A stretch of 24,000 bases of DNA from Hoeflea sp. IMCC20628. Lineage in GTDB: Bacteria; Pseudomonadota; Alphaproteobacteria; Rhizobiales; Rhizobiaceae. The DNA lies in contig NZ_CP011479.1 in the NCBI RefSeq assembly GCF_001011155.1, positions 4,079,662 to 4,103,661 on the forward strand, given 5' to 3'. Below are positions 18,341 to 24,000 of this stretch, piece by piece. Every line of letters begins with the position of its first letter. Position 1 is the stretch's first letter. The translations under genes and the position numbers were made by a program. Under the pieces are notes generated by a model. It saw only the letters and a list, made by a program, of their open reading frames with translations. It did no database searches and was not told the origin of the DNA.

Positions 18341-19693
18341 TCAGGCACTTTGTTCCCGTGCGGTTTGTTCTTGGCTTTTCAACTCGACTTCGCAAGTGCG
18401 GCCGGCGATCACCTCGACGATCGGGCAGCCCAGAATCCGCGCCTCGGCATCGGAGAGCGCGGTCAACAGGCGACGAATCGCAGCGGTTTCCTCAGCAAGC
18501 CCCTCGATGGCTTCGAGGCCCGTATCAGCCTTGCGATCGGCAGCGATACCCAATGCCAGTTCCATTTCCGTCGCCAGTTCGAAGATTGTCGTGGTGTGGA
18601 GATCGCGAGCCAGCACCACGCTGCCTTCTTCGGTCTGCAGAACATAGCCCGAAGCCTGAAGGATGTTGTAAATTTCGTCACGGGCCTCGATAGGGATCGT
18701 TTCAACCAGTTCTTCCTCGGCCACGGCACCGCCGGTCTGCGCTTGCTGATAGAGCTTTGCCAGGAGTGCGATGGCGATTGTCAGCTTTCCGGAAGCTTTC
18801 AAATGCACGCTGAGCACAGCGGCCCTGGCCAATCTCCAATCGGGAATGGCTGCGGCCACAACCGCGCCCAGAATGATCACCGTCCACGATGCGTAGATCC
18901 AGACCAGGAAGACGGGAACCGCGGCGACTGCGCCATAGATCGTTTCGTAGCTTGAACCAGAGGTGAGAAACGAATTGAACCCCCACGACAAGACCTCAAG
19001 CACGACAGCTGCAAATGTTGCGCCGATCGCGGCGTGACGGATACGGACACGGCGTGCAGGAACAAGAACAAACAGGGCCGTAAAGCCGCAGATTTTGATT
19101 GCCAGGCTCAACAGGTTGCTCAGCGACGACCATCCTTCCAGAAGCACCTCGTCGACTGCGCCGCCCAAGTCAAAGAATCCGGACCGGCGGGCAATCGCGG
19201 CGATGTCCGAGGTCATGGTGAAGCTGGCGCCGAAGACAAGCGGACCCATGGTCAGGATCGCCCAGAAGATCAGGAATCTTACAAAGATCGGACGCGGCCG
19301 TTCGACATGCCAGACACGATTGAGCGTGTCCTCAATTGTCGAGAGCAGCAAAAGTGCTGTGATCGCCAGTGCAACCACGCCGACAGCGGTCAGATTGTTG
19401 GCGCTCTGTGTGAAATTGGACAGGTATTCGGTGATCGCCGCACCCGCCTCCGGCACCACGGCGGCGAAGAAAAGCGCCTGCATCCGATCCTTGACCACAT
19501 CGAAGGCTGGAAAACTCGACAGGATCGCGAATGCGATAACCAGCATCGGCACCAGCGCCAGAAGTGTCGAATAGGTCAGCGAGGCGGCGGCGCTGCTCAT
19601 GCGCTCGTTGAAAAACCTGCGGATCGCAAACACGATGAAGTGTCCGATGTTCTTCAGGATTGGGCTGATGCTGGGTTGCTGCCATTTGCTCAT
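18341..19693 (-). CDS. YihY/BrkB-family inner-membrane protein with a ~160-aa C-terminal extension
   Basis: N-terminal FFNERMSSAAASLTYSTLLALVPMLVI and about 6 TM helices typical of YihY/BrkB (formerly 'RNase BN'). The soluble tail starts around aa 290. Confidence 0.88.
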   Translation of the reverse strand: MSKWQQPSISPILKNIGHFIVFAIRRFFNERMSSAAASLTYSTLLALVPMLVIAFAILSSFPAFDVVKDRMQALFFAAVVPEAGAAITEYLSNFTQSANNLTAVGVVALAITALLLLSTIEDTLNRVWHVERPRPIFVRFLIFWAILTMGPLVFGASFTMTSDIAAIARRSGFFDLGGAVDEVLLEGWSSLSNLLSLAIKICGFTALFVLVPARRVRIRHAAIGATFAAVVLEVLSWGFNSFLTSGSSYETIYGAVAAVPVFLVWIYASWTVIILGAVVAAAIPDWRLARAAVLSVHLKASGKLTIAIALLAKLYQQAQTGGAVAEEELVETIPIEARDEIYNILQASGYVLQTEEGSVVLARDLHTTTIFELATEMELALGIAADRKADTGLEAIEGLAEETAAIRRLLTALSDAEARILGCPIVEVIAGRTCEVELKSQEQTAREQSA

Positions 19694-19770
19694 GCAGTCT
19701 TTTACAGTCTTCGTCTTTCTACAGATAGACCTGAATATCGGGAAGATTTCTCACAACGACCTGCCCGCCA

Positions 19771-19806
19771 AAACGCGAAAAACCCCCGGATTTTGCAATC
19801 CGGGGG
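19771..19806 (-). terminator. Rho-independent terminator after pnp
   Basis: Perfect 9-bp stem CCCCCGGAT / ATCCGGGGG at 19783-19806 with a 6-nt loop. On the minus-strand transcript it is followed by TTTTTCGCGTTT. Confidence 0.75.
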
Positions 19807-19862
19807 CTTTTCAATTTCTCAGCTCGGGCAGCGCGCCGCCCCTGGCCAGTTGTCGTCGGGGC

Positions 19863-21983
19863 TTATTCGCCGCCTTCGACTTCCTTGCCGGTTTCCTGAT
19901 CGACGACCTTCATCGACAGGCGGACCTTGCCACGTTCGTCGAAGCCCAGGAGCTTGACCCAGACTTTCTGGCCTTCCTTGACCACATCGCCAGTCTTGGC
20001 AACGCGTTCGGCGGCCAGCTGCGAGATGTGGACCAGACCGTCCTTGGGACCGAAGAAGTTCACGAAGGCGCCGAAATCGGCGACCTTGACGACTGTACCT
20101 TCATAGATCACGCCGATTTCAGGCTCGGCAACGATCGAGTGGATCCACTTCTTGGCGGCCTCGATTTCCTTACCCGAGGACGAAGCGATCTTGATGGTGC
20201 CATCGTCGTCGATGTTGATCTTGGCGCCGGTCTTTTCGACGATCTCGCGGATGATCTTGCCGCCTGTGCCGATGACATCACGGATCTTGTCGACCGGGAT
20301 GTTCATCACTTCGATGCGCGGAGCGAACTCGCCCAGCTGGCCACGGCTTTCGGCAATGGCGTTGCCCATCTCGGTGAGGATGTGCAAACGACCGTCCTTG
20401 GCCTGGCCAAGCGCGATCTGCATGATTTCCTCGGTGATGCCATCGATCTTGATGTCCATCTGCAGGGCAGTGATGCCGTCGGTGGTGCCGGCAACCTTGA
20501 AGTCCATGTCGCCGAGGTGATCTTCATCACCAAGGATGTCGGACAGGACTGCAAAGTCCTTGTCTTCCTTGATCAGGCCCATGGCGATACCGGCGACAGG
20601 CTTGGCCAGAGGCACGCCCGCATCCATCAGCGCCAGCGATGTGCCGCAGACTGTGGCCATCGAGGACGAACCGTTGGACTCGGTGATTTCCGAGACAACG
20701 CGCAGCGTGTAGGGGAACTGGTCAGCGGACGGCATCATCGGGTGGATGGCGCGCCATGCGAGCTTGCCATGGCCGATTTCGCGGCGGCCGGGCGAACCGG
20801 TACGGCCGGTTTCGCCAACCGAGTAAGGCGGGAAGTTGTAGTGCAGCATGAAGGTGGCCTTCTTGGTCCCCGTCAGGCTGTCCACATACTGCTCGTCTTC
20901 GCCGGTACCCAGCGTGGCGACAACGATCGCCTGGGTTTCGCCGCGTGTGAACAGGGCGGAACCATGGGTGCGTGGCAGAATGCCGACTTCGGAAACGATC
21001 GGACGCACGGTCGAGAGATCGCGGCCGTCGATGCGGCTCTTGGTCTCGATGATGGCGCCACGGACGACCTTGGCCTGCAGCGTCTTGAAGACAGCGCCGA
21101 TGACTTCGGAGGAGAAGCGGGCTTCTTCGCCGTCAGCCGGTGCGAAGTGAGCCTTCACAGTAGCCTTGACCGCGTCGAGTGCATTGTAGCGGGCGGTCTT
21201 GTCGGTGTTCTTGTAAGCGTCGCGAAGACCCTTTTCGCACATGGCGAGCATTTCGGTTTCGAGTGCCGAATTGTCAGGAACAGAGAAGTCGCGCGGCTCT
21301 TTGGCAGCGGCTTCAGCCAGCTTGATGATCGCGTCGACGACCGGCTGCATGGCCTTGTGGCCGAACATGACGGCGCCGAGCATGACTTCTTCGCCGAGTT
21401 CCTTGGCTTCGGATTCCACCATCAGAACGGCGTCGGAAGTGCCGGCAACGATCAGATCGAGATCCGATTCAGGCATCTCATCGACATGCGGGTTGAGGAC
21501 GTATTCGCCACCGATGTAACCGACGCGGGCGCCAGCGATCGGGCCCATGAAAGGAATGCCGGAAATGGTCAGTGCAGCAGAAGCCGCGACCAGAGCCAGG
21601 ATGTCGGGGTTGTTTTCGAGATCATGCTGCAGAACGGTGATGATGATCTGGGTGTCGTTCTTGTAGCCATCGGGAAACAGCGGGCGCAGCGGACGGTCGA
21701 TGAGGCGCGACGTCAGCGTCTCGTTCTCGCTCGGGCGGCCTTCGCGCTTGAAATAGCCACCGGGGATCTTGCCGGCTGCGTAGGTCTTTTCCTGGTAGTT
21801 GACGGTCAGCGGAAAGAAATCCTGGCCGGGCTTTGGCGATTTTGCCGAAACGACGGTGGCGAGCACGACGGTTTCGCCGTAGGTGGCGATGACGGCGCCA
21901 TCAGCCTGACGGGCAACCTTGCCGGTTTCCAGTGTGAGCGGACGACCGCCCCATTCAATCTCGACCTTGTGGGTATCGAACAT
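19863..21983 (-). CDS. pnp: Polyribonucleotide nucleotidyltransferase (PNPase)
   Basis: [31 protein letters not shown]. Two RNase PH domains, plus KH ([20 protein letters not shown]) and S1 ([17 protein letters not shown]) domains. The ATG at 21983 is preceded by GAAGGA at 6 nt. The ORF-track start at 22007 adds 8 non-conserved residues. Confidence 0.95.
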   Translation of the reverse strand: MFDTHKVEIEWGGRPLTLETGKVARQADGAVIATYGETVVLATVVSAKSPKPGQDFFPLTVNYQEKTYAAGKIPGGYFKREGRPSENETLTSRLIDRPLRPLFPDGYKNDTQIIITVLQHDLENNPDILALVAASAALTISGIPFMGPIAGARVGYIGGEYVLNPHVDEMPESDLDLIVAGTSDAVLMVESEAKELGEEVMLGAVMFGHKAMQPVVDAIIKLAEAAAKEPRDFSVPDNSALETEMLAMCEKGLRDAYKNTDKTARYNALDAVKATVKAHFAPADGEEARFSSEVIGAVFKTLQAKVVRGAIIETKSRIDGRDLSTVRPIVSEVGILPRTHGSALFTRGETQAIVVATLGTGEDEQYVDSLTGTKKATFMLHYNFPPYSVGETGRTGSPGRREIGHGKLAWRAIHPMMPSADQFPYTLRVVSEITESNGSSSMATVCGTSLALMDAGVPLAKPVAGIAMGLIKEDKDFAVLSDILGDEDHLGDMDFKVAGTTDGITALQMDIKIDGITEEIMQIALGQAKDGRLHILTEMGNAIAESRGQLGEFAPRIEVMNIPVDKIRDVIGTGGKIIREIVEKTGAKINIDDDGTIKIASSSGKEIEAAKKWIHSIVAEPEIGVIYEGTVVKVADFGAFVNFFGPKDGLVHISQLAAERVAKTGDVVKEGQKVWVKLLGFDERGKVRLSMKVVDQETGKEVEGGE

Positions 21984-22296
21984 GTGTTGTCCTTCGTATG
22001 CGGGCATGTGGGCATGGCCTGGTTGAGGCCGCGCGCGTCACTGTCCCGGTTGTTTTGGGCGCATCTCGGGCAAGACAACAGGAGGCTTTGTGGGATTGGC
22101 CGCGCCCTGGGCGGGGCGGCAAAAGCATCCGGCAATCCTGCCCCATGACGGGCCATTGCGTATGCCCGGGACCGGAATGTCCGGTCCATCGGACGGTGTT
22201 GGCGCAATTTTCAGGGCCTCGCGGCCTGATGGCGTGCGCTTGGACGCCACGGTCCCTGCCCCGAGAGGGCGTTGCGGGGACCGGAGAATCGTTTCG

Positions 22297-22323
22297 GCGG
22301 GCGGCGCATGACACGCCGCCCGC
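22297..22323 (-). promoter_or_regulatory. GC stem-loop immediately downstream of rpsO (possible attenuator or processing site)
   Basis: Perfect 10-bp inverted repeat GCGGGCGGCG-n7-CGCCGCCCGC. No U-tract follows on the minus-strand transcript. Confidence 0.4.
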
Positions 22324-22334
22324 ACAAAATCAGT

Positions 22335-22604
22335 TTAGCGGCGAATGCCCAGACGGGCGATCAGCGACGTATAACGTGCTTCTTCCTTGCGCTTGACATA
22401 ATCAAGCAAGGAGCGACGTGTGGACACCATCGTCAACAGCCCGCGCCGTGAGTGGTTGTCCTTCTTGTTTTCCTTGAAGTGGCCGGTCAGATTGTTGATC
22501 CGTTCGGTCAGAATAGCGACCTGGACTTCCGGTGAACCGGTATCGCCTGGCTTGATTGCGTATTCTTCGATCAGCGCAGCCTTGCGCTCAGGTGTAATCG
22601 ACAT
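22335..22604 (-). CDS. rpsO: 30S ribosomal protein S15
   Basis: The 89-aa [57 protein letters not shown]...ARLGIRR is canonical S15. GAAAGG Shine-Dalgarno upstream of the ATG at 22604. The ORF-track extension to 22931 is not S15-like. Confidence 0.95.
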   Translation of the reverse strand: MSITPERKAALIEEYAIKPGDTGSPEVQVAILTERINNLTGHFKENKKDNHSRRGLLTMVSTRRSLLDYVKRKEEARYTSLIARLGIRR

Positions 22605-22636
22605 CGTAAATCCTTTCAGTCTGGATGAATAATGGT

Positions 22637-22667
22637 GCCCGCTGCCGGGATGTCGTCCAGCAGGGGC
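22637..22667 (-). promoter_or_regulatory. Hairpin in the rpsO 5' leader (candidate S15 autoregulatory element)
   Basis: Minus-strand RNA GCCCCUGCUGG-acgacauc-CCGGCAG(C)GGGC forms 11 bp with one bulged C and one G.U pair stacked on G-C pairs. It lies 33 nt upstream of the rpsO ATG. Confidence 0.3.
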
Positions 22668-22806
22668 CTCGAACGTCAGGCCGGACATAACCGGCGATAA
22701 CGGCTGGGCTATAGGCCAATTCATCCCGAAATGAAAGGGAAATGTGCCGGACGCCGCCCCGGCGCAACGGCGTGGTTGCGGCTCCGGCGCGGGCTGCCGG
22801 TCCGGT

Positions 22807-23154
22807 TCAGCAGCCGCGCTTGACGTAGGCGTCGCGCACGGCCTCTTTCCAGGCGACTGATTCAGCTGAATCCCTTGAGACATAAGGCCCGTCGGCAACG
22901 CAGTAAAAGCCGTTGCTGAAGCCGCCGACATCCGAGGTATTGAGCACCCGCGAGCCAGCGCCGCCCCCGACCATCGGTCCCCCGAGCTGGTTCAAGGTGC
23001 GCTTGGCGTCGGATTGCCTCTTCGAACAGCCAAGAACGATGTACCAACCGCAACCGCTATTGTCATAGCCAGGCGTCTGCGCCTGGGCGGGCAAAGCCGC
23101 GGTTCCTGCGAAGGCCAAAACGAATATGCTCAAAGCAATACTGATGTTTTTCAA
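22807..23154 (-). CDS. Small secreted SPOR-like domain protein (hypothetical)
   Basis: TTG start preceded by AAGGGGGA at 5 nt. Signal peptide [25 protein letters not shown]|Q. The mature part, [21 protein letters not shown]...[23 protein letters not shown]...YVKRGC, resembles the SPOR beta-alpha-beta-beta-alpha-beta layout and has 4 Cys. Confidence 0.65.
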   Translation of the reverse strand: MKNISIALSIFVLAFAGTAALPAQAQTPGYDNSGCGWYIVLGCSKRQSDAKRTLNQLGGPMVGGGAGSRVLNTSDVGGFSNGFYCVADGPYVSRDSAESVAWKEAVRDAYVKRGC

Positions 23155-23339
23155 GATTTTCCCCCTTTTTCAGGCATTTTGACCCAATGCGGCAATGCAG
23201 ACAAGCCGTGAACAGCCCGCAGGGTGTTTGAACAGACCAGACTTCCGTTTCCCGTGTCGGGGTGGCATGAAACAGGGTAATGGCCCTGCCCTCGGCGTAT
23301 GCCTGTCCGATGCCCCGATCTTGAAAGGAACCACTAGCC

Positions 23340-24000
23340 ATGACCGAGACCAGAAAAATGCGGCTCAGCCAACGTCATGTCGACCTTGTCCATCGCGACA
23401 TCAAGGATCCCGGACCAAAGCTTCTGCCGGGTTTTCGCACAGCGACCGACGCGGATTTCGCTGAGGCTGTCGATGGCATGATGACGAGCTGTCCTGAGGG
23501 AGAATTCTGGCTGTTTGGCTACGGCTCTCTGATCTGGAACCCGGAAACCGCATTCGAGGAAAAGCGGCTGGCTACGGCGATGGGCTGGCGACGCAGCTTT
23601 TGCCTTGGACCGGACCACCGCTTTCGCGGCAGCCATGACACGCCGGGGCTGATGATGGCGCTGGATCGCGGCGGCCAGTGCAAGGGCATGGTGTACCGTC
23701 TGCCGCGTGCCGGGCTGGAGCAAGAACTGCACCGGCTGATCCGCCGCGAGCTGAGCCAGTTACCATCAGCTTTTCCCTGGCGCTGGATCAGCGTCAAGAC
23801 CGAGCAGGGACCACTGCGTGCGCTGACTTTTGCAATGGACCGTAACAACGTCCGTTATGCCGCCGGGCTCTCCGACGAAGAGACTGCTGCGGTGCTGGCA
23901 AATGCCTGCGGCTTTCGCGGTTCAATGGCGGAGTATCTGTTTTCGACCGTCACCATGCTCGAGAGCCTCGGCATCCACGACCGCAAATTGTGGCGGCTGC
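23340..24000 (+). CDS. chaC: ChaC-family gamma-glutamylcyclotransferase (3'-partial, runs off the window)
   Basis: Hand translation from the ATG at 23340 (AAAGGAA Shine-Dalgarno at 23324-23330): MTETRKMRLSQRHVDL...EFWLFGYGSLIWNPETAFEE...GWRRSFCL...RGSHDTPGLMMALDRGGQCKGMVYRL. YGSLIWNP is the ChaC signature. The frame stays open to the window end, so it is absent from the ORF track. Confidence 0.85.
   Translation, partial: MTETRKMRLSQRHVDLVHRDIKDPGPKLLPGFRTATDADFAEAVDGMMTSCPEGEFWLFGYGSLIWNPETAFEEKRLATAMGWRRSFCLGPDHRFRGSHDTPGLMMALDRGGQCKGMVYRLPRAGLEQELHRLIRRELSQLPSAFPWRWISVKTEQGPLRALTFAMDRNNVRYAAGLSDEETAAVLANACGFRGSMAEYLFSTVTMLESLGIHDRKLWRL

Noticed and set aside
19599-22148. An 849-aa ORF on the + strand, the longest in the window.
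   Set aside because: It lies entirely antisense to pnp, which has unambiguous PNPase domains. The translation is low-complexity and Asp/Gly/Arg/Ala/Val-rich with no recognisable motifs. This is a typical stop-poor shadow frame of a high-GC gene.
22605-22931. A 109-aa N-terminal extension of the S15 ORF, giving a 198-aa ORF at 22335-22931.
   Set aside because: S15 is a conserved ~89-aa protein, and the internal ATG at 22604 has its own Shine-Dalgarno. The extension is Pro/Ala/Ser-rich and overlaps the 3' end of the SPOR-like gene. It is better explained as the rpsO leader and promoter.
1-24000. A window-wide scan for tRNA T-arm signatures, CRISPR-like spaced repeats, IS terminal inverted repeats or transposases, toxin-antitoxin pairs and defence-system genes.
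   Set aside because: Nothing was found by eye. All gaps longer than 150 nt are accounted for as promoters, leaders or terminators of flanking housekeeping genes. Small ORFs under 60 aa were not exhaustively evaluated.

Overview
The window looks like ordinary core chromosome from a roughly 60% GC alphaproteobacterium, with gene order and protein sequences resembling Hyphomicrobiales/Rhizobiales. Almost every long ORF has a recognisable housekeeping identity. In order: dnaA (5' partial), dnaN, recF, a MoeB/ThiF-type adenylyltransferase, a D-2-hydroxyacid dehydrogenase (-), a tandem-SH3 secreted protein, and ilvD followed by a GNAT acetyltransferase (-). Next come irr (-) divergent from fabA-fabB-fabI, then a fused polytopic-membrane/spermidine-synthase-like gene (-). 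A tightly coupled pqiA-pqiA-pqiB-pqiC-like MCE envelope lipid-transport operon (-) follows, then a long YihY/BrkB membrane protein (-) and rpsO-pnp (-). The window ends with a small secreted SPOR-like protein (-) and a 3'-partial ChaC-family gene (+). I found no tRNA/rRNA, CRISPR array, IS/transposase, integrase, phage or obvious defence genes. The many long ORFs antisense to real genes are GC-driven shadow ORFs. I do not see convincing evidence for a new multi-gene system. The least-characterised block is 12.5-19.7 kb: the fused spermidine-synthase-like protein, the split PqiA, a PqiB with an unusually long internally repeated helical tail, and YihY with a C-terminal extension. Other modest points are a Cys cluster in the Irr DNA-binding region, structured rpsO and pnp leaders, and repeats in the irr/fabA control region. 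All coordinates and motifs were read by eye and no similarity search was run.
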